Shown: piece after piece, positions 19,308 through 27,585 of the stretch
How positions within the stretch are numbered: position 1 is the stretch's first letter
How the letters are laid out: the number at the start of each line of letters is the position of its first letter
NCBI GenBank assembly: GCA_965116695.1
Contig: OZ220706.1
Location: forward strand, 637,995-701,994
Reading direction: 5' to 3'
DNA: 64,000 nt
DNA from: Acidobacteriota bacterium
GTDB lineage: Bacteria > Acidobacteriota > UBA6911 > RPQK01 > JAJDTT01
Program-made: the position numbers and the translations under genes
Notes under the pieces: model-generated
What the model was told of the DNA's origin: nothing
Databases searched by the model: none
Seen by the model: only the letters and a program-made list of their open reading frames with translations

Positions 19308-20557
19308 TCCTCGGCCTCGCGGCGGCCGGGAAGATCGAGGGCGAGCGACCGGAAGCCCCGGACCCGGTGAAACGTGATGTGCGTACTCTTGGCCTGCGAG
19401 TGCCGGCCGCCCAGCGCCGTCCGCACCGCCAGCAGCAGGTCATCCCCTTCCGGCAGCAGCGACGCGTAGTTGTAAGCTTCGCGGGGGTTCCTGCTCATGG
19501 CCACGCAGCCGGCCTGGAACCAGTTGTGGGCATCGGCGCTGTACATCAGGATCAGGATCCGCCGATCGTCGCCGCCCGGAGGGCCTCCCAGCGAATCGAC
19601 GGGGATGTTGCCCGCCATCCAATACAACCCGGAAGGTTCGTCGCGGACGATGTGAAATTTGTTCTGCGCCCCGGGTATCGGAAAGAACTGCCCGAAGGTG
19701 TGGCTCAAGGTGGTCCCGTCATCCGCGAGGTCGGTGACCGCTGCCAGTCCGGCGGTGGATTGATGCGTCAGACCTCGAGCGGCTCCGCCGGGAACGCGGA
19801 GCCGATGAAACCCTCGAATCTCACCCTTCACCTCCACCAGGTTGGATTCGAGCCAGTGGTCCGGGCGTCGTCCGCCAGCCGGCGCGCGGGTCAAGAGCGG
19901 CGGGGTTCCCGGGTAGTCCAGCCGGTTGGACATTCTCCAGGCGGACCTGTCCAGCAGATTCCGTGAGAGGTCCCCGGCAATGACCACGCACCCCCGGTAA
20001 TTCCGCAGATTCGGCGTGCCGTCGGCATCCTGGTGCAGGTTGAAGGACCGGTAGAGGCGCCGGTCCTTGATCAGGACTCCGGTGGGGGCGTTCCAGTAGC
20101 TTCCCTCGAACAAAGTGACCGGCCCTTGCCAGGATCGGCCTTCGTCGTCTGAGCGCAGGATCACGATGTTCCGGCGGATGGCCAGGTTTCCAAGAAGATA
20201 CAGCTTGCCCTCATGCACGAACGGCTGCGCGGAGTGCAGGTCGAGCGGAGGAAGCTGCCGCCAGGTCCGGCCTTCATCTTCACTGACGGCCAGGCGAAAC
20301 CGGCGAGGCACCGGGGCATTCGCGTCAATCAGTGTGTGCTCGAAGGTCGCCAACAGCCGGCCGCCGGGAAGCTTCACCAGCGCCGGTTCGTAGACGAACA
20401 GTCTCCCCGGATCGGGCGACTCGGCAACCACGTGCATTTCGGCGTGGAGCATGGGGCCGGGCGTGTTCCCCCCGCCCTGCTGCGCCCGGGAAGACGCTCC
20501 GAGCGTTATCATCCACAGCGCCGTCGCAAAAACAAGACCCTTGGTTTTGGCGGTCAT
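19304..20557 (-). CDS. Secreted BNR/Asp-box repeat protein (sialidase-like beta-propeller)
   Basis: Asp-box motifs SEDEGRTW and SDDEGRSW. Signal peptide MTAKTKGLVFATALWMITLGASS. ATG at 20557 preferred. Confidence 0.7.
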   Translation of the reverse strand: MTAKTKGLVFATALWMITLGASSRAQQGGGNTPGPMLHAEMHVVAESPDPGRLFVYEPALVKLPGGRLLATFEHTLIDANAPVPRRFRLAVSEDEGRTWRQLPPLDLHSAQPFVHEGKLYLLGNLAIRRNIVILRSDDEGRSWQGPVTLFEGSYWNAPTGVLIKDRRLYRSFNLHQDADGTPNLRNYRGCVVIAGDLSRNLLDRSAWRMSNRLDYPGTPPLLTRAPAGGRRPDHWLESNLVEVKGEIRGFHRLRVPGGAARGLTHQSTAGLAAVTDLADDGTTLSHTFGQFFPIPGAQNKFHIVRDEPSGLYWMAGNIPVDSLGGPPGGDDRRILILMYSADAHNWFQAGCVAMSRNPREAYNYASLLPEGDDLLLAVRTALGGRHSQAKSTHITFHRVRGFRSLALDLPGRREAED

Positions 20558-20642
20558 ATTTTTCCAATCTGAACCGAAGAGAGCGCCCACAAGGGGCGCC
20601 TCTACCCAATATTTCTCGTCATTCCTGACACGAATTCGAGAT

Positions 20643-22064
20643 TCAGGAACCAGGACGTTGCGTCTCCCACCAGGTGCCCAGCGCCAGCAGCGTGACGGTG
20701 ATGGGCACCCCGATCAGAATCGGATCGATGGTCCAGACGACCACGATGGTGCCCACTTCCTGGACGCTTCCCAGGATCTGGTAGAGGATGATCACGCTGG
20801 CGCCCGCCAGCATGGACGTGAGCACGGTTCTGGGCGCCCGCCGGACTCGGGGAAAAAGGACTATCGCCGCCACCGCGGGCGCCACCGATGCCCCCATGAT
20901 CCGTCCGCCCAGCCAGAAGAGTTCGATCATCAAGGGAAAGACGTAATAGATGGCGGCGGCCAGCACACCGACCAGAATGACGTTCAGCCGGTAGAGCCAG
21001 AGCTGAGCCCTGGGACTGGCGTTGGGGTTCAGGAATCGGTTGTAGATGTCGATGGTGAAGTTGGAGGCGATGGTATTGATGGTGGAGTCGAGGGTGGACA
21101 TGCTGGCGGCCAGAATCCCCACGATGATGATGCTGCCCAGTTGCCCCCCGGCCACGCCGAAGGTCATCCGGAGAAAGACGTCGTCGCCGGAGATGTCCGC
21201 TCCGTAGAGGGCCCGCCCCAGGACGCCGATCAGTGGCGGAACCATGTACCAGACCGTGGAGATGATCCCGCCGTAGAGGAACCCCTTGTGGGCGGCCGCC
21301 GTGCTGGAGGCCGCCAAGCCCCGCTGGATCACGCTCTGGTAGCCGAAGGTGATGGAGATGCCGATGACGACCCAGGCCATCACCTGGCTGGGGCCGCCGG
21401 TGCCGAAGCTGCCGAGAAAGTCCGGGTCCTCGATGGACCGCAGGGCCGAGAACCCTCCGGAGCCCAGAAAACCGAAAACCACGAGCGCGACCGATCCGAC
21501 CGAGACGATGAAGAACTGGATCGCGTCGGTCACCAGGATGGCCCACATCCCGCCCAGGAAGACGTAGACCAGCGTCAGAGCCCCGACCAGCGCCAGGGAC
21601 TGCAGGAGCGAAATCTGCAGGATGCTGGAAGTGACCACGGCCAGGGACCCCATGACTCCTGCGGTGGCGCCCAGGTCCCGGAGGATGATGAGCGACAGGG
21701 AGACGAGGCGGTGCCGGGGGCCGTAGAAGCGCTCGAAGAGCTGGGGAACGGTGATGATCCGGGTGGCCCGCAGGCGCGGGACCACGTAGTAGGACATCCA
21801 GATGGTGGCGAGGACGAACGAACCGCCGGTCCAGTAGGCGCTCAACCCGAAATCTTTGGCCACCCCCGAGATCCCGATCAGGGTGGTCCCGTTGATCCAG
21901 GTTGCGGCCACCGAGAAGGCGATCAACCAGGGTCCGGAACTGCGTCCGGCGACGGCCATGTCCTCCATCCGGCCGACCCGGGTCCGGGCGGCCCAGATGC
22001 CGATGCCGAACATGAGAAGCAGGTAGCTGACGATCAGCCACCACGAGGGCTGGAACTCTTCCAT
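20643..22064 (-). CDS. Sodium:solute symporter (SSS) family transporter
   Basis: About 13 hydrophobic segments. N-terminal SSS-like region MAVAGRSSGPWLIAFSVAATWINGTTLIG. Confidence 0.85.
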   Translation of the reverse strand: MEEFQPSWWLIVSYLLLMFGIGIWAARTRVGRMEDMAVAGRSSGPWLIAFSVAATWINGTTLIGISGVAKDFGLSAYWTGGSFVLATIWMSYYVVPRLRATRIITVPQLFERFYGPRHRLVSLSLIILRDLGATAGVMGSLAVVTSSILQISLLQSLALVGALTLVYVFLGGMWAILVTDAIQFFIVSVGSVALVVFGFLGSGGFSALRSIEDPDFLGSFGTGGPSQVMAWVVIGISITFGYQSVIQRGLAASSTAAAHKGFLYGGIISTVWYMVPPLIGVLGRALYGADISGDDVFLRMTFGVAGGQLGSIIIVGILAASMSTLDSTINTIASNFTIDIYNRFLNPNASPRAQLWLYRLNVILVGVLAAAIYYVFPLMIELFWLGGRIMGASVAPAVAAIVLFPRVRRAPRTVLTSMLAGASVIILYQILGSVQEVGTIVVVWTIDPILIGVPITVTLLALGTWWETQRPGS

Positions 22065-22067
22065 CGC

Positions 22068-22250
22068 TTATCCCCGCAGGATCACTCCCCAGATCCAGAC
22101 GTAGGCGAATCCGGCCAGGACCAGCAGCGCCAGGCTCAACCAGGGATTCATGCGCGGCAACTCGACCTGGTCCATCAGGTCGAGTTCATGGCCGTCGTAA
22201 CGATAGGATTCTCTGTTCGTGTCCCGAGATTCCGTCCTGGCGGGTTCCAT
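22068..22250 (-). CDS. Small membrane protein (60 aa, single C-terminal TM) immediately upstream of the SSS gene. Possible accessory subunit.
   Basis: ATG at 22250. C-terminal MNPWLSLALLVLAGFAYVWIWGVILRG. Only a 3-nt gap to the SSS start. The rest of the listed 222-aa ORF overlaps the upstream gene and is rejected. Confidence 0.4.
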   Translation of the reverse strand: MEPARTESRDTNRESYRYDGHELDLMDQVELPRMNPWLSLALLVLAGFAYVWIWGVILRG

Positions 22251-22263
22251 CGTTTCAGTCCTC

Positions 22264-23433
22264 TCAACCCCGGTTCCCGCCACCCCACGCCGAGGAGAAG
22301 ATCTCTCCTTCCAGGAAGCGGGAGGGCCGGAACTGGCGAATGTCGATCTCGGGTTCTTCACCCGCGATGACGTCCGCCAGCGCCTCCCCCAGCGGCGGCC
22401 CGATCTTGAAGCCGTGGCCGCTGCCGCCGAAGAAGGCATAGTAGCCCTCGATGTGGGGCTCCGGTCCGACGACCGGGTGCCAATCGTCCATGATCGTATA
22501 GATGGACGCGTATCCGTGGTGGTATTCCATCTCCCGCAGCACGGGAATCCGCCGAAACAGGCAGGTCTCGATCCGCCCGCGTTGATCCGCATCCAGGTCC
22601 TCGTTGTAGGAATCGATGTCCAACGGCTCCACCTCCTTGGGGTAGCCGAGTCCGGCCAGCATCGTGTTGTCCCCGTGAGGCTTGTAGTAGGCCCGTTGCG
22701 GGGGATCGGAAATGACCGGGAGACGGCCGAAATCATCCGGCTGAGTCACGATCAGGTCCGTCTCCCGGCTCCAACGGACGGAGTAGTTGAGACCGGCCCA
22801 AAGGCCCACCTGCCGCCCCCAGGGCCCGGCCGCGTTCACCACCACCGGGGTCTCGATGGTTCCCTGCTCCGTCTCCACCGACCGGACGCGGCCGCTCTCG
22901 AGCGTGATGCCCGTGGCCGCCACTCCCACGTGCGCCGTCAGACCCCACTGCCCGGCGCCGTCCACCAGGCTCTCCGTGGTCCGGATCGGGTCAGCGCAGC
23001 CGGAGCGAGGCTCGAAGATCGCGCGGACGATCCCCTCCAGGTTCAGCGGCGGCGCCAATTCCCGGATGTCTTCGCGCGAGAGTTCCCGGACCTCGACTCC
23101 GTGCGTGCTCTCCATCTCCAGGATCTGGTCACCGGCCGTCTTCCATCCCTCATCCAGGAGTAGCAGAAATCCGATCTGGCGAAACCCGGAGTCGCCGCCC
23201 AGCGCCTCCCGGTCGTTCTCGAACATCTGCACCGCGCGCCAAGCCAGTTTCACGGTGATGGGGTTGGAGTAGTAGGTCCGAACCACGGCGGCCGACCGGC
23301 CTGTGCTCACACCGGCCAGACTGCCCTTCTCCAGCAAGACGATCTTGCCGAATCCCTTCCGGGCCAGGAAATGGGCCACGCTTGCGCCCGCAATTCCCCC
23401 ACCGATCACTACCGCATCCGCTGTTTTCTGCAT
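22264..23433 (-). CDS. FAD-dependent oxidoreductase (DAO / sarcosine-oxidase-beta-like family)
   Basis: MQKTADAVVIGGGIAGASVAHFLARKG dinucleotide-binding motif at the ATG at 23433. C-terminal GGSGHGFKIGP. Confidence 0.85.
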   Translation of the reverse strand: MQKTADAVVIGGGIAGASVAHFLARKGFGKIVLLEKGSLAGVSTGRSAAVVRTYYSNPITVKLAWRAVQMFENDREALGGDSGFRQIGFLLLLDEGWKTAGDQILEMESTHGVEVRELSREDIRELAPPLNLEGIVRAIFEPRSGCADPIRTTESLVDGAGQWGLTAHVGVAATGITLESGRVRSVETEQGTIETPVVVNAAGPWGRQVGLWAGLNYSVRWSRETDLIVTQPDDFGRLPVISDPPQRAYYKPHGDNTMLAGLGYPKEVEPLDIDSYNEDLDADQRGRIETCLFRRIPVLREMEYHHGYASIYTIMDDWHPVVGPEPHIEGYYAFFGGSGHGFKIGPPLGEALADVIAGEEPEIDIRQFRPSRFLEGEIFSSAWGGGNRG

Positions 23434-23486
23434 TTCGACGATCTCCTTGATGCCGGAAGAATATATCCACTCTCGAGGCCGATGTC

Positions 23487-25367
23487 TCAGGGAATGACGG
23501 GAAGCACGATGTGCGAGGGGTAGGCGGCATCGTGATGAACCGTCTGGGTCGCCTTCCTCAATTCCGCGTCTTCGCCGAACTTGTGCCCGGTGTTGGGATT
23601 GCGGTCGTACTTGGGGAAGTTGCTGCTGGAGATCTCCAGTTGAATCCGGTGCCCGCGACGGAAGACGTGGCTGACCGACCACAAGTCGATGGTGTATTCA
23701 TAGACCTTGCCCGGTTCCAGAAGGGTCTGCTTTTTGAACGAGTCCCGGTAGCGTGCCCGGATGATCCCCTCCGCCAGCAACTGAGCGTAGCCGTTGGGGT
23801 GAACGTCCACCAGCTTGGCGGTGAAGTCGGTGTCGGCGGCGCTGGAAGCGGCATGGAGCATCGTCAGGACCCGCCCCGTCACCTCGACCTCCTTTTTCAG
23901 AACCTCACTGGTGTAGACGAGCACGTCGTCCCGCCGTTGAATCGCCCTCTGATCCCGGGGGCCCCCGGTGGAGGGGTACATGCTCACGTTGCCGCCGTAG
24001 GTCGGAACCGGATCTTCGGGGTCGTAAACGAACACGTCCGCTGGTTCCTTGGACGGCGGCTGTGGGCTCAAGCTGCCGTCCCCGAACCGGCTGTTGGCCT
24101 GTCCGCCGCTGTGGAGGTAGTACTTCGTGTGCCGGGCGCGGCTGAGGGGCCATTCGTGCTCGGTGCGCCACTTGTTCTCCCCCATCACGAAGATGTCGAC
24201 CCGCGGTTCGTCCATCATTCCGTTGTCGATGCCCTTGAGCCAGTAGTCGTACCAGCGAAGCTCGATGGGACGAAAGTCCACGTCCGCCTCGGGGCCGTAG
24301 TCGAGATCGCCCACTTCCCGGGGTCCCACGCCGTGCCTCCAGGGACCGACGAGCAGGCGATGCCGGTCGCGGATCTCCTCCGGCCCGTAGCGCACCATGC
24401 CCAGGTAACCGTTGATGGTGGCCTGGGAAACCTGGTCGTACCAGCCGGTGATGTTGAGGGTCGGCACCTGGACCTTTTGGTACTGTCCCGCGCTCATCTC
24501 CCCGGCCCGGGGACGGTCGCCGACGCTGAACCGCCAGTAGTGGTCGTTGTCCGGGTGATCCACCAGGTCCTGCCACAGGATGTCGGTCTGCCCGAACATG
24601 GCCTGGTCCATGGTCCGGATGGGGAGGTGGCGGTACAGCTTGTCCCAGTCCAGGAAATCGTTCCGGAGGCCGTCGTTGTTGTTGGATGTCAGGTTGCCGA
24701 GTATGGCCAGCAGGTTGAGGCTGTTGGAGAGTTGGAACGCTCCGTTGGGGTAGACGTTGTCCCAATGGTCGTCGGGGGTCACATAGGGGATCAGGGCCGT
24801 GAGGTACGGGTTCGCCTCGGTGGCGCCCATCCATTGCACGAATCCCAGGTACGATCCGCCGGCCATCCCGATCTTTCCCGTGGACCAGGGCTGTTCTCCC
24901 AGCCAGGTCTGGCAGTCGTAGACGTCATGCCCGTCGAACTTCCCTTCCCGCCACTTCGGATCCCAGTAGAGGTAGGACTCCCCTTCGGAATCGTACCGTC
25001 CCCTCACGTCGATGCAGGCGAACACGTAACCGCGGGGAACGAAGTACTGTGCGCGGCCGATGATGTCGCCCTGGAAGAACTCCGATTTCCGGGTGTTGTC
25101 GTAAGGCATGTAGACGAAGATGACCGGAAACTTCCCTTCCGCTTGGGGCCGCCAGATGTTGGCCGACAGCCGGACGCCGTCCCGCATCCGGACCTTGACG
25201 TCGTGCTCGAAGAGGATGTCGTATCGGGGTTGCGAGAGCTTGTCCACCCAGGAAGGATCGTTGCGCACGAACCAGGTGTCCGACGCGAGACCGGATCCCG
25301 CCAGGACGATCATGAGTGGGAGGAAGATAGAAACAGGGGCGACGGGAATCTTGCGGCTACTCGACAT
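23487..25367 (-). CDS. CocE/NonD family hydrolase (S15 X-Pro dipeptidyl-peptidase-like), secreted, copy 1, no C-terminal extension
   Basis: Nucleophile motif GGSYLG, signal peptide, PepX_C-like C-terminal domain ending HIVLPVIP. GGAGGAG RBS 9 nt upstream of the ATG at 25367. Confidence 0.85.
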   Translation of the reverse strand: MSSSRKIPVAPVSIFLPLMIVLAGSGLASDTWFVRNDPSWVDKLSQPRYDILFEHDVKVRMRDGVRLSANIWRPQAEGKFPVIFVYMPYDNTRKSEFFQGDIIGRAQYFVPRGYVFACIDVRGRYDSEGESYLYWDPKWREGKFDGHDVYDCQTWLGEQPWSTGKIGMAGGSYLGFVQWMGATEANPYLTALIPYVTPDDHWDNVYPNGAFQLSNSLNLLAILGNLTSNNNDGLRNDFLDWDKLYRHLPIRTMDQAMFGQTDILWQDLVDHPDNDHYWRFSVGDRPRAGEMSAGQYQKVQVPTLNITGWYDQVSQATINGYLGMVRYGPEEIRDRHRLLVGPWRHGVGPREVGDLDYGPEADVDFRPIELRWYDYWLKGIDNGMMDEPRVDIFVMGENKWRTEHEWPLSRARHTKYYLHSGGQANSRFGDGSLSPQPPSKEPADVFVYDPEDPVPTYGGNVSMYPSTGGPRDQRAIQRRDDVLVYTSEVLKKEVEVTGRVLTMLHAASSAADTDFTAKLVDVHPNGYAQLLAEGIIRARYRDSFKKQTLLEPGKVYEYTIDLWSVSHVFRRGHRIQLEISSSNFPKYDRNPNTGHKFGEDAELRKATQTVHHDAAYPSHIVLPVIP

Positions 25368-25411
25368 GGACCAATTCTCCTCCGGCTGCACGACATGGAA
25401 TCAGGCACTCG

Positions 25412-27514
25412 TCAGTTCAATTTTCGCGGGATGGTGACCGACCAGCTCCGGTTGAAGTGCCTCCTCCCGTTGACCGTGATCTCGATCTCCACCAGGTGAC
25501 GGAACGCCGCCTTGTTGCTGGAGGTCAGCTCGTTCGCCTCGATCCTGATCTCCGATTCCGAACGGGTGATCGACAGCGTGGCCTCTGCCTTCAGGGCGGC
25601 GTTCGCCGGATTCTTTTCGGACACGGTGAAGCTTGAGAGAAGCTTCATGTATTGCTCGCCGTCGCCCCGTTTGCCCTTTCTCTCCTTGCCCAGGCGGACG
25701 GTAGTGGTTTCGGCGACCAGGTCCTGGGTGATGGAGTATGTCAGCGGTTTTTCCTGCTCCAGCGCCACCTTCGGATCGGCGTTGGGCAGCGTCACGAATT
25801 CGGGCTCGGGAAGCTTGGGATTCTGCTCCGGGATCACCGGCAGCACGATGTGGGACGGGTAACGGCGGTTGCGATAAACCGTGTTCTCCGCCGGCAGGGC
25901 CGTGGGCCAGGCGTTCTGGATGTCCGCGTTGGCAATGGCCACCCGGACCCGGTGTCCGGGCGCGAACACGTAGGTCATCACCTTCACCTCCACCGGCACC
26001 TCGTGCACCTCTCCCGGCCGCAGCGGTTCGGGGTCGAAATGCGACTTCCGGTGTGCGGCGTTCAGGCCGCCGTAACGGACCAGCTTGGAGGTCCCGTCCG
26101 GGGCCACGTCGATCAGCTTTACCCGGAAATAGGCGACCTCGGCCGTGGAGGAGATGTACAGCATGGCGCGCGGCGTGCCCGAGACCTCCAGCGGCTCCTC
26201 CAACGGGGCCGTGGTGTAAGTCAGGGAGTAGGCCTCGTCGGCCCGCTGGTCGATGGGGTTGCCCCAAGGGAGAATGCCTCCCCCCCAGTGGATCCCCGAG
26301 GTGGTCCCAACGGTGGGCTTGTACCGGAGACGGTCTCCTTCTTCATCGGATCCCTCGGGAGGCGTCCGGCTCAGGGTCCCGTCCCGGTGAAGGTACATCC
26401 TGGTGGGCTGCTCCCGCGCAATGGGCCATTCCAGTTCGGAGCGCCAGAAGCCGGGCTCCTCGATGGGCATGACGGGAGAGGGAGGATCGTACTCCCGGAC
26501 GAAGACCGTCACCGGCGGCTCCTCCAGCACCCCGTTGTCGATCCCTTTGAGCCAATAGTCGAACCACTTGAGCATGATGGGCCGGCCGTCGATTCGCGGT
26601 CCGGGCACGGTCTTCTCGTTCTCCGCCCAGATGTGCCTCCAGGGCCCCACCAGGGCCTTCTTGTGCTTGACTTCCAGCTTGGAGAAGGCTCGCAACAGGG
26701 CCGTCGGATAGACGTCCGCCCAGCCGGCGATGACGAAGACGGGGCACTTGACCCGGCTGTAGTCCGCCGACAGGGAGCGGTCCTGCCAGTAGGGCCCTTC
26801 CTGCTGATGGGAGATGTATCCGATTCCCCAGGGCCGGTTGTTCTCCAGCCGTGTATTCCAGAGGTCGCTCCACTTCTCACCGGCGATTCCGGGATCGGGG
26901 GGCGCGAAGTTGTAGGCCGTCATCAGAGGAGAATAGGTGTCGAACATGTAGGGGCGAAGAGAGCCGCCGGGATAGGTCCACTCGGTATAGACGCTGTCGT
27001 TGGCCGAGCGCACGATGATGGTCTTGAGGCTGGGCGGATTCTGGACCGCCACCTGCCACTGCACCACGCCGCCGTAGGAAATACCGGTCATGCCCACATT
27101 GCCGTTGGACCAGGGCTGGCGGGCGATCCACTCCACCATTTCGTAGCCGTCCCGCCTCTCGTCAGCGGAGTAGATGTCCTTGCTCCACCCGCCGGAGTTT
27201 CCCGTGCCGCGGACGTCGTACTGGACGATGGCATAACCTCGTTCCGCCAGGTACGGCACCAGCATCGGTCTTTCGTCTCGATAATCCGGCAACGGTTCCC
27301 GTACGCCGCGATAGGGGTGGTACATCATCACGGCGGGAAACCGCCCCTCCGCATCGGGCATCATGATCTTGGTCGCCAGCTCCACCCCGTCCCGCATGGC
27401 GACGCGGGGATAGATGATCTTGACCTTCCCCTCGTAGACGGGTTCCGACAGCCCGCGGGACTCTGCCGACAGGGGAGCGGTCAGGATCGGAATCAGGAAA
27501 AACAGGATCCACAT
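25412..27514 (-). CDS. CocE/NonD family hydrolase, secreted, copy 2, with ~140-aa extra C-terminal domain
   Basis: GISYGG nucleophile motif. Signal peptide MWILFFLIPILTAPLSA. Core ends HIVLPVIP and is followed by an extension ending WSVTIPRKLN. Confidence 0.85.
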   Translation of the reverse strand: MWILFFLIPILTAPLSAESRGLSEPVYEGKVKIIYPRVAMRDGVELATKIMMPDAEGRFPAVMMYHPYRGVREPLPDYRDERPMLVPYLAERGYAIVQYDVRGTGNSGGWSKDIYSADERRDGYEMVEWIARQPWSNGNVGMTGISYGGVVQWQVAVQNPPSLKTIIVRSANDSVYTEWTYPGGSLRPYMFDTYSPLMTAYNFAPPDPGIAGEKWSDLWNTRLENNRPWGIGYISHQQEGPYWQDRSLSADYSRVKCPVFVIAGWADVYPTALLRAFSKLEVKHKKALVGPWRHIWAENEKTVPGPRIDGRPIMLKWFDYWLKGIDNGVLEEPPVTVFVREYDPPSPVMPIEEPGFWRSELEWPIAREQPTRMYLHRDGTLSRTPPEGSDEEGDRLRYKPTVGTTSGIHWGGGILPWGNPIDQRADEAYSLTYTTAPLEEPLEVSGTPRAMLYISSTAEVAYFRVKLIDVAPDGTSKLVRYGGLNAAHRKSHFDPEPLRPGEVHEVPVEVKVMTYVFAPGHRVRVAIANADIQNAWPTALPAENTVYRNRRYPSHIVLPVIPEQNPKLPEPEFVTLPNADPKVALEQEKPLTYSITQDLVAETTTVRLGKERKGKRGDGEQYMKLLSSFTVSEKNPANAALKAEATLSITRSESEIRIEANELTSSNKAAFRHLVEIEITVNGRRHFNRSWSVTIPRKLN

Positions 27515-27585
27515 GATGACTCTCCTTTGCAGCCCGGAGGCTTCGACGGCGCCGGAGCCCGCCGCACTCCACCTGCGACTCGGTC

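Noticed and set aside
22251-22736. Upstream 160 codons of the listed 222-aa ORF at 22068-22736
   Set aside because: This part overlaps the 3' end of the FAD oxidoreductase gene in another frame and has a non-protein-like Arg/Ser/Thr/Pro-rich composition. Only the last 60 codons, from the ATG at 22250, are kept.
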